NCBI GenBank assembly: GCA_963765205.1
Contig: CAVXVB010000009.1
Location: forward strand, 512,001 to 576,000
Origin: an uncultured Verrucomicrobiae bacterium
GTDB taxonomy: Bacteria > Verrucomicrobiota > Verrucomicrobiia > Opitutales > JABDGR01
Reading direction: 5' to 3'
Length of the DNA stretch: 64,000 bases
The notes beneath the pieces were generated by a model that saw only the letters and a list, made by a program, of their open reading frames with translations, was not told the origin of the DNA and did not search any database. Position numbers and translations under genes: made by a program. Shown here in pieces: positions 48,999 through 58,516 of this stretch; within the stretch, counting starts at the first letter, position 1; each line of letters begins with the position of its first letter.

Positions 48999-50585
48999 AT
49001 GCCTGCATCCCTGTTTGAAGCCGAAGACCGCCCGAAAGCCGAGGCCTTGTGCCGGCTGACGTGGTGCAACCCGTTTCACGACGAACGCGCCGCGCTCGAA
49101 CGCCAGGCCCTCGGCGACGCTTGGAAAATGCCGCCGCCCGACGGCATGGACTGGGAGGACGGGCTGCCCGTCGCCGCCGGCAACCCCAACACGGATGCGT
49201 TCGCGCCGCTGTCCAAGCGTCTCGTCAATGAGGCGCGGGAACGCCTGCGCCGCCGCACGCCGACCGCCAACGAGAGCGAAACCTACCGCGAGCTAGTCTT
49301 CTTCACGCTCTTTTACCAGTTCGTGGACGAATTCCACCGGCTTATCCGGCAGGCGCGTGAGCGCGGAGCGGCGCCGTTGCGCTGCGTGTTCTACGACCGT
49401 TTTCGCGCGGAGCTGGAGCGCCTCTGCCCGCCGGATGAGCCAGCTTTGCGCATGGAGACGCCGCCCGAGCGCGTCTTCGCAACGTTCTTCCAGGTGCGCC
49501 GCGCGTATGCGCACATTCACGAGTGCATCATCGGCTCCTCGGCGGAGTCGCGCCGGCTGCGCGCGCGGGTCTGGCAGTCCATCTTCACACGCGACATGGC
49601 GCGGTTCGAGCGCGCGCTGATCGGGCGGATGGGGGACTTGATCACGCTCATCACCGGCCCGTCGGGTTCGGGCAAGGAATTGGTCGCGCGCGCCATCGGC
49701 TTGTCGCGCCATGTGCCCTTTGACGTGACGCGGCGGGAATTCGCGGAGGACTACCTGCGCGGATTTTATCCCATCAATCTCGCGGCGCTGTCGCCGACGC
49801 TGATCGAATCGGAATTGTTCGGCCACCGGCGCGGTTCCTTCACCGGCGCGCTCGGCGACCGCCTGGGTTATTTCGAGGTCTGCGGCGCACACGGCACGGT
49901 GTTCCTCGACGAAATCGGCGAGACGGATTTGGGCATCCAGGTCAAACTTCTGCGCGTGCTGCAAACGCGCGTGTTCCAGCGCATCGGCGACACGGAACCG
50001 CGCTCCTTCGCCGGGAAAATCCTGACCGCGACCAACCGCGACCTGGCGCACGAGATGCGCGCCGGGCGCTTTCGCGAAGACCTGTATTATCGCCTCTGCG
50101 CCGACCATGTGCGCACGCCGGCCCTGTGCGAGATTTTGCGGGATGCGCCGGGCGAGTTGGCGACCTTGGTGCGGCACATCGCGGCGCGCGTGGCCGGTCC
50201 GGCGGAGGCCACGGCGTTGACCGACGAAGCCTGCACCGTGCTGCAACGCACGTTGCCGCCCGATTACGCGTGGCCCGGCAATTTCCGCGAACTCGAACAG
50301 GCGGTGCGGAATATTCTCGTGCATGGTGATTATATGCCGGAATCATCCAGCCCGGCTGCAGCCCCTTCGACCAACGGCGCGCCATCCAGCAACGGCCATG
50401 CTTCGCCGGAGTCGTTGGCCGCCGCCCTGGAAGCCGGCGAATGGACGGCCGACGAACTCCTGCGCCGCTACATCAGCCGGGTGCATCACCTGTCCGGCAG
50501 CTACGAGGAAGCCGCCCGGCGACTGGGTGTGGATCGCCGCACGGTCAAGAAATACCTGCGGCAACCTGCGGCGATGACTCAATAG
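48999..50585 (+). CDS. Sigma-54-dependent enhancer-binding protein
   Basis: GPSGSGKE, ESELFGH..GSFTGA, FLDEIG, FREDLYYRL, WPGNFREL, C-terminal HTH. Confidence 0.92.
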   Translation: MPASLFEAEDRPKAEALCRLTWCNPFHDERAALERQALGDAWKMPPPDGMDWEDGLPVAAGNPNTDAFAPLSKRLVNEARERLRRRTPTANESETYRELVFFTLFYQFVDEFHRLIRQARERGAAPLRCVFYDRFRAELERLCPPDEPALRMETPPERVFATFFQVRRAYAHIHECIIGSSAESRRLRARVWQSIFTRDMARFERALIGRMGDLITLITGPSGSGKELVARAIGLSRHVPFDVTRREFAEDYLRGFYPINLAALSPTLIESELFGHRRGSFTGALGDRLGYFEVCGAHGTVFLDEIGETDLGIQVKLLRVLQTRVFQRIGDTEPRSFAGKILTATNRDLAHEMRAGRFREDLYYRLCADHVRTPALCEILRDAPGELATLVRHIAARVAGPAEATALTDEACTVLQRTLPPDYAWPGNFRELEQAVRNILVHGDYMPESSSPAAAPSTNGAPSSNGHASPESLAAALEAGEWTADELLRRYISRVHHLSGSYEEAARRLGVDRRTVKKYLRQPAAMTQ

Positions 50586-50901
50586 CGATTGTTCCAAGTG
50601 TCCAGAATTTAATCGCGCCCAGCCCTGCCTGCTTAACCAATCTGCTGGCCCATTGCCATGACCAAAATACCCACCCCCATCCTCCAAAAAATCAGGTAAT
50701 AAGCTATAAGGGCGCGTGGCGCATCGCCGATGAAGCTCGCAAGGCTATTTAAAAAATCGTCACTGTGCAGCTTCTCGGCTACACCACGACCGGCGCGAAG
50801 CGATGATTGACGCCGGGGCGATGATGGGTAGAGTGAGGCGCGGTGCTTGGAATTCTTCACCAGCGCCTAACCAGGCTTTTCCAAGGGGAGAAACCGCCCA
50901 C

Positions 50902-50976
50902 GCTTCCGTAGTTCAATGGATAGAACACTGGCCTCCGAAGCCGGTGATCTGGGTTCAAGTCCCAGCGGGAGCACCA
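50902..50976 (+). tRNA. tRNA-Arg(CCG)
   Basis: Acceptor GCTTCCG/CGGGAGC, anticodon arm CTGGC-CTCCGAA-GCCGG, GGTTCAAGT T-loop, CCA end. Confidence 0.95.
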
Positions 50977-51501
50977 CTTAAGCCACTGACAGTAAAAGGT
51001 TTAAGTTTTGAGCGAAGTTAGGTTGCCCAGTTGACATGGCAACCTATCACTGGATTGGATCGGTACAAGCGAGTGGCAATTTTTAGCAAATAGCGGCAAC
51101 CATGACAAGGGCCGTGCCACACGCCAAGTTGAAGGCCAGATTCCGGCATCCTGTGCTTGACTGGCGGCCATCAGCTTCTCGGGCCAGTCTACCCGGGGTT
51201 ATCCCGAGCACTTGGCACCTACCCATTGGACGCTGCAACCCAAGGTTCCCCCTCCTCCATGGGCTGTCGCTCGGCAACCTGGCTAGCCCCTGCGGGATTG
51301 TCCCGGGTGGGGTTCGCGTGGAACCGGCTGAGCAACGCGACTGGTCAGCGTAGCTAAGCTTGCCGTCCTTTCGCCCAAAGTCAAATGGCGTCTGCCAGCC
51401 AACTCGTAGCGAGGACGAGCCAGGACCCACGTGCAAACGATATTTCAAGTGGCGATTATTTGGGACTTATTAGAAGTTAGAACAAGCTCAGGCCCGCCAA
51501 C

Positions 51502-51533
51502 AAAAGCCCCCCGGCCCTTGCGGGCCGGGGGGC
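51502..51533 (-). terminator. Hairpin/terminator after the islet ORF
   Basis: Perfect 12-bp GCCCCCCGGCCC stem, GCAA loop and TTTT on the minus strand. Confidence 0.7.
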
Positions 51534-51560
51534 CATTTGTGTGGCGGAGCCTCCGATCTC

Positions 51561-51938
51561 CTACACTATCTCACGAAGCGCCAGAAACGGCACTTGCAAC
51601 TTGCCATTGAACACTTCCAGCTCGCCGAGCGTGGCTTCCACGCGCGAATTCAATTTCGCGTGGGTGAATGTTCCCTTGATGAGCTGTCCCCGCTCCCCGG
51701 GCACGCTGGGCGCCGGGAAACCCGCAGCGGGAAGTCGGACCAGTTGTTGAATTTCGAGGAGTCCGCTGGCCTCGCTATGCACCTCGTAGACGAGGCGCAC
51801 GTTATCGGTGGCCGGCCGGTCTCCCTTGGCGGCAAAGGGCGCTCGAAACGCCTTGGCGGTGAGAAGCACGCCACGCAGGAGGAGTCCGTTTGGGACTTCG
51901 AGAGGTTTCGGTAAACTATCAGGTGTTGGTTTATCCAT
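51561..51938 (-). CDS. Hypothetical beta-rich protein (possible OB-fold)
   Basis: 125-aa ATG ORF followed by a terminator; alternating hydrophobic strands. Confidence 0.55.
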   Translation of the reverse strand: MDKPTPDSLPKPLEVPNGLLLRGVLLTAKAFRAPFAAKGDRPATDNVRLVYEVHSEASGLLEIQQLVRLPAAGFPAPSVPGERGQLIKGTFTHAKLNSRVEATLGELEVFNGKLQVPFLALREIV

Positions 51939-52274
51939 GACATTTGATTTCTATCGCTAGTGTCGACGTGGAGGACGCCGAAGCCTTCATACGCCTGGAG
52001 TTTGAGAATTGTTCCAATCTCCCGGCGTAAAAGTTGTTTCCACGGCTGCCGGGTTTGCGCCGAGCGGACTTTTTCGCCGCATTTCACCGTGACGCGACTG
52101 GCCCAATCGGCCAGGCGCAGACGGGATCAGGCTGATGGTGCCCTTTTTTCCCTAACCAAGCTGACAGGGACACCTCGAATTTAATTGGCGTCCTTATTTT
52201 AGGCGCCACTTGCGCCTGCCCCATCGGATAGGTTCGACAGGCGGGGAAAATTCGCGTTGCCTTGCTGGACTCCC

Positions 52275-53711
52275 ATGAAGCCCTTCTACGACCTGATTGT
52301 CATCGGTTCCGGCCCCGCCGGTGAAAAGGCCGCCGCCATGGCGGCGTTTTACGGTCACGCCGTCGCCCTCGTTGAAAAGGAGCCGCGCCTGGGCGGCGCC
52401 GGCACCAACACCGGCACGCTGCCGTCCAAAACGCTCAAGGAAACCGCCGTGTTCCTCTCGGGCTTCAATGACCGCGGCCTCTATGGGGTCGAGCGGCGGC
52501 CCGACCGCGCCGTCTGCGTCGAGGATTTGCTCTTTCGCAAAAACACCGTCACGTCCAAACAGGCGGACGACATTCGCAATCGGTTGGGCACTTTGGGGGT
52601 CGAGGTTTTCCAGGGCGTTGGTGCGCTGGCGGACGCGCACACTGTCAAGGTCCAGCCCCCGGGCGGCGCGGCGGCGTTCATGCTCAAGGGCGAATTCATC
52701 CTCCTGGCGACTGGCTCGCGACCCTGGCACATACCGGGCGTGCCCTTTGATGGTTACCGCGTGCATGACTCGGACACAATTTTGGAAATTGACCACATTC
52801 CCACCTCGATTGTCATTGTCGGCGCGGGCGTCATCGGCTGCGAATATGCCACGGTTTTCGCCGCCTTGGGGTCGAAAGTCTCGCTGGTCAACGGCCACGC
52901 GGAATTTCTGACTTTTATTGACGGCGAAATTCTGGCGATCTTGCGCCGGCAAATGCAAAACGAAGGCGTCACGTTTCTCATGCCCAACCGGGCGGAGGGG
53001 GTGACGGTTTGCGAGCGTGATGGCAAAAAAATCGTCACCGCCCACCTGGCGGATGGCGCGGAAATTGATGCCGACATGTTTCTTTACGCCGCCGGGCGGG
53101 TGGGCAACACCGATTCCCTCAACCTCGCCGCAGCCGGCCTCAAAGCGAGCGAACGCCAGACTATCGAGGTGAACGAGCAATACCGCACCGCCACGCCGAA
53201 TATTTTCGCCGCGGGCGACCTGGTTGGTTTCCCGGCGCTCGCCTCCACGGGCACGGATCAGGGGCGGGTCGCCGTCACCCATATGTTCAACTTGACCGGC
53301 TTGCAGAAATTGGACCAGGTTTTCCCGATGGGTGTTTACACCATCCCGGAAGTCACCTGTGCCGGGCTTACCGAAGAGGACGCCAAAAAGACAAACAGGC
53401 CCTACCTGGTCGGCCGCGCCTGGTATAAGGACACGCCGCGCGGGCGCATTATTGGCTCGCGCTTCGGCCTGCTCAAGCTCCTCGCCGACCCCGACACGCT
53501 GGCCATCCTGGGCGTCCACATTGTCGGCCGCATCGCCACGGAATTGATCCACTTCGGCCTGCTGCTGGTCGAGGATCAGGTGTCCGCCACGCGCGTCGCC
53601 TCGATGATCTACAACCAGCCGACCCTGCACGAAATGTATAAGCACGCCGCCTTTGACCTTGTGCGTCAGAAACAAGGCTTGCCATCCATTAACGAGGCCC
53701 CCGCGCCTTGA
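52275..53711 (+). CDS. sthA: Soluble pyridine nucleotide transhydrogenase-like flavoprotein
   Basis: IGSGPAG, GTLPSKTLKE, GAGVIGCEYA, GFPALAST..DQGR, YTIPE. Confidence 0.85.
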   Translation: MKPFYDLIVIGSGPAGEKAAAMAAFYGHAVALVEKEPRLGGAGTNTGTLPSKTLKETAVFLSGFNDRGLYGVERRPDRAVCVEDLLFRKNTVTSKQADDIRNRLGTLGVEVFQGVGALADAHTVKVQPPGGAAAFMLKGEFILLATGSRPWHIPGVPFDGYRVHDSDTILEIDHIPTSIVIVGAGVIGCEYATVFAALGSKVSLVNGHAEFLTFIDGEILAILRRQMQNEGVTFLMPNRAEGVTVCERDGKKIVTAHLADGAEIDADMFLYAAGRVGNTDSLNLAAAGLKASERQTIEVNEQYRTATPNIFAAGDLVGFPALASTGTDQGRVAVTHMFNLTGLQKLDQVFPMGVYTIPEVTCAGLTEEDAKKTNRPYLVGRAWYKDTPRGRIIGSRFGLLKLLADPDTLAILGVHIVGRIATELIHFGLLLVEDQVSATRVASMIYNQPTLHEMYKHAAFDLVRQKQGLPSINEAPAP

Positions 53712-53736
53712 TCCATTCCCCCCTAAAGAAACTCCC

Positions 53737-54461
53737 ATGCCCGACCCCGGACCACCCACTGCGGACGTGGCGGAGATTGCCCCGCAGGGTCGCAGTGGCG
53801 GCGCTGATTCCGCGCCGAAATTCGGCCGGCTGGCCCGGGTTTACGCCTGCCTTGAATACATCGCCTTTGGCCGCGAGTTGGAACGGGCGCGATTTTGTTT
53901 TTTGGAGCAGTTGCGCGAGTGCCGGGAGATTTTGCTGATCGGCGAGGGCGATGGCCGCTGTCTTGCGCGCCTGGTGGAAATTGCGCCGGCCGCGCGGCTG
54001 CATTGTGTGGATGCCAGTCCAGGCATGTTGACTCGCGCCGCCGCGCGACTCCGGCCGGTGGATCGCTCGCGGGTGACGTTTACCTGCGCGGACGCGCGGA
54101 CGTGGCTGCCGTCTCCGCAAAGTTACGATGCCGTGGTCACCGCATTCTTTCTCGATTGCCTGACGCCGCAATCTGTCGCGGAGCTGGCGGCGCGGCTGCA
54201 GCCGGCGTTGCGGCCCGGCGCGCTTTGGCTGTTCGCCGATTTTGTGCTGCCGGAGTCCGGCTTCGCCCGCGGGCGCGCGCAGCTCTGGCTGTGGACCATG
54301 TATTTTTTCTTCCGCTGGCAAACCGGTCTGGCGGTGAAGGAATTGCCGCCCTCCGAAGAAATTTTGCGCGCCGCGGGCTGGCGGGAACGCGCCACCCGCG
54401 ATTTTCATGGGGTCTTCGTGCGCGTGGTGCTTTTTGATCGGCGCCGGCTCCGCTGCCATAG
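53737..54461 (+). CDS. Class I SAM-dependent methyltransferase (3' end uncertain)
   Basis: LLIGEGDGR, VDASPGM, FFLDC; called ORF runs into the next gene, TAG at 54459 lies in a shifted frame. Confidence 0.75.
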
Positions 54462-54541
54462 TCGGCAAATTCAGATTGCATTTCTCTCCTCATTGGCAAA
54501 AATTCGATTTTTACCCTCAGCTCCCATTGGAGAATACCCCC

Positions 54542-55999
54542 ATGTTGTTTCACTCATTCACGCGGCGCACCCTCGGCGCCTGCCTCGCCTTGTCAACTTG
54601 GATGAACGTGGCCCACGCCCAACCGCCATCCGCACCGGCGGCCACGCTGCCGCCCACTTCGTTCAAGTTTCAATTCGGCACCGACCAAGCCGCTCCCGGC
54701 TACACCCTGGTTCCCACCAATTCGGTTTATTCCAAGGACACAGGCTATGGTTTTGAGCCTGGCGCGCAAGTTAGCGCAGTTAATCAGGCGGACCCCAATC
54801 CCTTGCACCGCGGCGCCATTACGTCCAAGCAGCCTTATGCCTTCTCGGTGGCCGTGCCCGAAGGCAATTACCGGGTCACGGTGACCTTGGGCGACCCCCA
54901 GGCCGCCTCGGTTACCACCGTCAAAGCCGAAGCGCGCCGGTTGATGCTCGAAAGCGTTCACGCCGCCGCCGGCCAGTTTGCGACCCGCACTTTTACCGTC
55001 AATGTCCGCAGTCCGAAAATTTCCACCGGCGGGGAGGTCAACCTCGACAGCCGGGAGATGAACCTGACAACGCATGTCGCCCTCGTCAACGACTGGGATG
55101 ACAAGCTCACCATTACTTTTAGCGATGCCCATCCCGCCTTGGCGACATTGGAAATTCAGAAAGTGGAAGATGCCGTGACGGTTTTTGTCCTGGGCGACTC
55201 GACGGTCGTGGACCAGCCCAGTGGCGGCAACAGTTGGGGCCAGATGCTGACCCGCTGGTTCAAGCCCGAGGTGGCCATCGCGAACCACGCCGAATCGGGT
55301 GAAACGCTCAAGGGCTTCCTCAAGGAACGCCGCTGGGAAAAAGTTTTGGACTCGATGAAGGCCGGCGACTATGTGCTGATTCAATTCGGCACCAACGATT
55401 CCAAAAAAAGCGGCCCCCAAAACATTTATCCCGGCCAGGATTTCTCCGAAACTTACGCCGCGGCCGACACCACTTATAAAGACCTGCTCAAGCAATACGT
55501 GGCGGATTTTCGCAAAAAAGGCGGCATCCCCATCATCGTTTCCCCGCCGGCCCGCCGCGGTGAAACCGCCAATTCCACGCTTGGCGCTTATGCCGCCGCC
55601 GCGGGCGCCGCCGCCAAGGAGGTCAACGCGCCGTTCATTGACCTCAATGCCATGGGCATGGAGCTGAACAAGGCGCTCGGGCCCGACGCCACCCGCATGT
55701 ATGGCGACCAAACCCACACGGTGGATTATGGCAGCTATATGTTCTCCCGTTGCATCACCCTCGGTATTAAACAGAGCGGCCTGCCACTGGCCAAATTCAT
55801 CGTGGACGACTTTGGTGATTTCGACCCGAATCAACCGCATCCCACCCCCGCTGAATATACGGTGCCCGTGGATGCCGCCAATCGCGGCGGTGGCCGTGGT
55901 CCTCGCGCCGGTGGTGCGCGGGGTGGTGCTGCCAGCACGGATCCCGCCCCTGCGCCGGCGGCGGCGTCCGGCCCGGCGGCCACCACTGCGACGCAATAG
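54542..55999 (+). CDS. Rhamnogalacturonan acetylesterase-like SGNH esterase (CE12-like)
   Basis: Signal peptide; GDSTV, SWGQML, QFGTND, DQTH. Confidence 0.88.
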   Translation: MLFHSFTRRTLGACLALSTWMNVAHAQPPSAPAATLPPTSFKFQFGTDQAAPGYTLVPTNSVYSKDTGYGFEPGAQVSAVNQADPNPLHRGAITSKQPYAFSVAVPEGNYRVTVTLGDPQAASVTTVKAEARRLMLESVHAAAGQFATRTFTVNVRSPKISTGGEVNLDSREMNLTTHVALVNDWDDKLTITFSDAHPALATLEIQKVEDAVTVFVLGDSTVVDQPSGGNSWGQMLTRWFKPEVAIANHAESGETLKGFLKERRWEKVLDSMKAGDYVLIQFGTNDSKKSGPQNIYPGQDFSETYAAADTTYKDLLKQYVADFRKKGGIPIIVSPPARRGETANSTLGAYAAAAGAAAKEVNAPFIDLNAMGMELNKALGPDATRMYGDQTHTVDYGSYMFSRCITLGIKQSGLPLAKFIVDDFGDFDPNQPHPTPAEYTVPVDAANRGGGRGPRAGGARGGAASTDPAPAPAAASGPAATTATQ

Positions 56000-56021
56000 A
56001 CCGCGCTGCTTAGATGCATTT

Positions 56022-57863
56022 TTACAGCGGCTTCGTGCGCGCGGTGCTTTTCAACCAGCCCGGTTGGGGCTCTTGATCCTCCTGCAGGCGGCGCAGCCGC
56101 GCTTCGAGCACTGCTGCGCGGCCGAGGTAGCCCACGATTTTTTTCGGATTATCGCGGGCCACCACCGGCAGCCGCCCGCAATTGTTGCCCAGCATCCTCG
56201 TCAACGCGTCACTCAGCGTTTCATCCGGGTAGGTCACGACCGGGTGCGCGTTGCCTGCCTCGACCAGAGTGATTTTGCCCGACGGGTCGCGCTCGAAGGC
56301 CCGGACGAGGTCGCCGCGCGTGACAATCCCCGCGAGCTCGCCGCTCGCATCCGTCAATAAAAAGGCCTGGTGGTGCATGAGGGTTCCGTCCCGCGAGGAC
56401 AACCGCCGGGTCAGTTCGCCGACGGTAATATTGGCCGGCAGCACGGTTGGGCTTGGGTCCATCGCGCGCTCGACATTCACTTGCTGGAACACATCCACTT
56501 CATATTCCTGATACACCCGCAATCCCCGCCGCGCCAGCTTCTCCGTCAAAATGGAATTCTTCATGAAGATCAGTGCGACGAAATGCGCGATGGTCACGAC
56601 CAGCATCAACGGCAGCACGGAGTCGTAGTCGCGCGTCAGCTCGAAGGCGAAAATGATGAATGTAAACGGCGCGCGGGCGGCCGCGCCAAACACCGCCGCC
56701 ATCGCCACCAGCGCAAACGCGCTCGAGGACAAATGCGCCGAGGGGTCAATTTTGTTCGCCAGCCCGGCAAATAACGCGCCCGCCGCCGCGCCCACGGTAA
56801 AAGTCGGCGCGAGCACCCCGCCCGAATGGCCGGAGCCGAGCGTCAGGGTGACCACGAAGGCCTTGGCCACCAGCACCACGGCCACCATCCGCAGCGCAAG
56901 TTGCGGGGTGGGATTCAGCAGGTCGGAAATGGTGTCATAACCGATGCCGAGCACCCGGGGCACAAAATAGCCGACGACTCCCAGCACCGCGCAGGCCATG
57001 ACCGGCCACCAAAATTTGTCGCAATTCAACTTTTCAAAAAAATCCTCGAAGAGATAGAGCATTCGGGAATACACCACGGCCACCAGGCCGCAGACGATGC
57101 CCAGCGGCACATACCAGGGCAGCGCGGCGGGAAAATTAAAATTGGCCGCGCCCACCGAAAACATGGCCCCGTGCCCGAGCAGCACAAACCGCACCGCCGT
57201 GGCCACCGTGCTGGCAATCACGAGCGGAATGAAGGAGCGCGCCTTGTATTCAAACAGCAGCAGTTCGATGGCCAGCATCACCGCCGCCAGTGGCGTGCTG
57301 AAGGTGGCCGCCATGCCCGCCGCCGCGCCGCTGGCCAACAATACTTTGCGCTCGGCCGCGGTGACATGCAGGAACTGCCCCAAAATTGAGCCGAGGGCGC
57401 CGCCAGTCTGGATAATGGGTCCTTCTGCACCAAACGGCCCGCCGGTGCCAATGCCGATGGCCACCGACGTGGGTTTCAACAGCGCCACCCGCGGCTGCAC
57501 CCGGCTCTGGTTGAACAGCACCGCTTCCATCGCCTCGGGCAGGCCGTGGCCGCGAATTTTCGGCGAGCCATATTTGGCCATCAAACTGACGATGACTGCG
57601 CCAAGAATCGGCAGTGGGATGACCCACAGCCCCAGGTGATTATGGGAAGGCGGCAGGTCCGCAATGGACCATACCTGGTAAAACATCAGGTTCGAAACCA
57701 GCCGGATCATCGCGAACAGCCCATAGGCGGCCAGCCCCCCGCCCACGCCGACCAGCACGGCCAGCAGCGACATCGCCAACAGGCGCCGCCGCGGCGAGCC
57801 CACTTCGGGCAAATCGGGGAACAGGGAGGAGGAGAAGGCCATGACATCTTTTCGGGTGGACAT
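56022..57863 (-). CDS. ClC family anion channel/transporter with CBS pair
   Basis: GHGLPE, GAEGP, GGVLAP, C-terminal CBS domains. Confidence 0.9.
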   Translation of the reverse strand: MSTRKDVMAFSSSLFPDLPEVGSPRRRLLAMSLLAVLVGVGGGLAAYGLFAMIRLVSNLMFYQVWSIADLPPSHNHLGLWVIPLPILGAVIVSLMAKYGSPKIRGHGLPEAMEAVLFNQSRVQPRVALLKPTSVAIGIGTGGPFGAEGPIIQTGGALGSILGQFLHVTAAERKVLLASGAAAGMAATFSTPLAAVMLAIELLLFEYKARSFIPLVIASTVATAVRFVLLGHGAMFSVGAANFNFPAALPWYVPLGIVCGLVAVVYSRMLYLFEDFFEKLNCDKFWWPVMACAVLGVVGYFVPRVLGIGYDTISDLLNPTPQLALRMVAVVLVAKAFVVTLTLGSGHSGGVLAPTFTVGAAAGALFAGLANKIDPSAHLSSSAFALVAMAAVFGAAARAPFTFIIFAFELTRDYDSVLPLMLVVTIAHFVALIFMKNSILTEKLARRGLRVYQEYEVDVFQQVNVERAMDPSPTVLPANITVGELTRRLSSRDGTLMHHQAFLLTDASGELAGIVTRGDLVRAFERDPSGKITLVEAGNAHPVVTYPDETLSDALTRMLGNNCGRLPVVARDNPKKIVGYLGRAAVLEARLRRLQEDQEPQPGWLKSTARTKPL

Positions 57864-57957
57864 AAGCCACCAAAAATATATCCTGCCACGATATAAATCA
57901 AGCGCCATCTCCGCTGGACGACGGACAGAGAGTCTTTCGCCGGTTTTTCCTATCTCC

Positions 57958-58389
57958 ATGCCCCATCCCGCCGCCCCCAACCGCGCCGCCTACCGCGCGC
58001 TGGCCGCCTACCGCCACGCGCTGCGGCGCTTTTTGCATTTCAGCACGGAGGCGGCCCGCGCGGCGGGCGTGTCCCAGCAACAATACCAGGTGCTCCTCGC
58101 GGTCAAGGCCGCGCCCGGCCGCGCGTTGCTGACCATTGGCGAGCTGGCCGAAATCATGCACGTCCGCCATCACAGTGCCGTGGGCCTAGTGGACCGCCTC
58201 ACCCGGCATGGCCGGCTCCGGCGCGTGCGCGACACCGCTGACCGCCGCCGCGTGCGGGTGCGGTTGACCGCGTCCGGTGAAAAAGCCCTCCGCCGCCTCG
58301 CCACCCAACATCGCGACGAACTGCGCCGCCTCGGCCCGCAACTGGTGCGCTCGCTTAAATCCCTCGGGGTGGAGGGAGGGAAGAATTAA
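57958..58389 (+). CDS. MarR family regulator
   Basis: QYQVLL, TIGELAE, HHSAVGLVDRL, DRRRVRVRLT. Confidence 0.9.
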   Translation: MPHPAAPNRAAYRALAAYRHALRRFLHFSTEAARAAGVSQQQYQVLLAVKAAPGRALLTIGELAEIMHVRHHSAVGLVDRLTRHGRLRRVRDTADRRRVRVRLTASGEKALRRLATQHRDELRRLGPQLVRSLKSLGVEGGKN

Positions 58390-58508
58390 GATTTATGAAT
58401 TAAGAATTAAGAAGTTAGAAATCTCAGATCTCAAATTTCATATTTGCATTTACTTTCTGTCTATTCACCGGCTCTTCAACTAGAAACTTAAAAACCAGAA
58501 ACTAAAAA
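58383..58508. repeat. Degenerate AT-rich heptamer arrays between convergent marR and murA
   Basis: gaattaa gatttat gaattaa gaattaa gaagtta gaaatct cagatct caaattt; ctagaaa cttaaaa accagaa actaaaa. Confidence 0.65.
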
Positions 58509-58516
58509 CGTTCAGT

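Larger units (their letters stand above)
50977..52190. mobile_element. Probable remnant of a tRNA-integrated element
   Basis: Abuts the tRNA 3' end; lower GC; clustered GGCAAC/GTTGCC motifs; orphan ORF; no integrase. Confidence 0.45.

Noticed and set aside
51083..51448. ORFs in the tRNA-proximal islet
   Set aside because: Overlapping frames with unprotein-like composition; no integrase motif recognised
52130..52150. Possible second att site (GGGCACCA on the minus strand)
   Set aside because: Only about 6-7 nt match to the tRNA end and in inverted orientation
54462..54756. C-terminal extension of the methyltransferase ORF
   Set aside because: Overlaps the esterase gene and looks random; likely read-through caused by an indel
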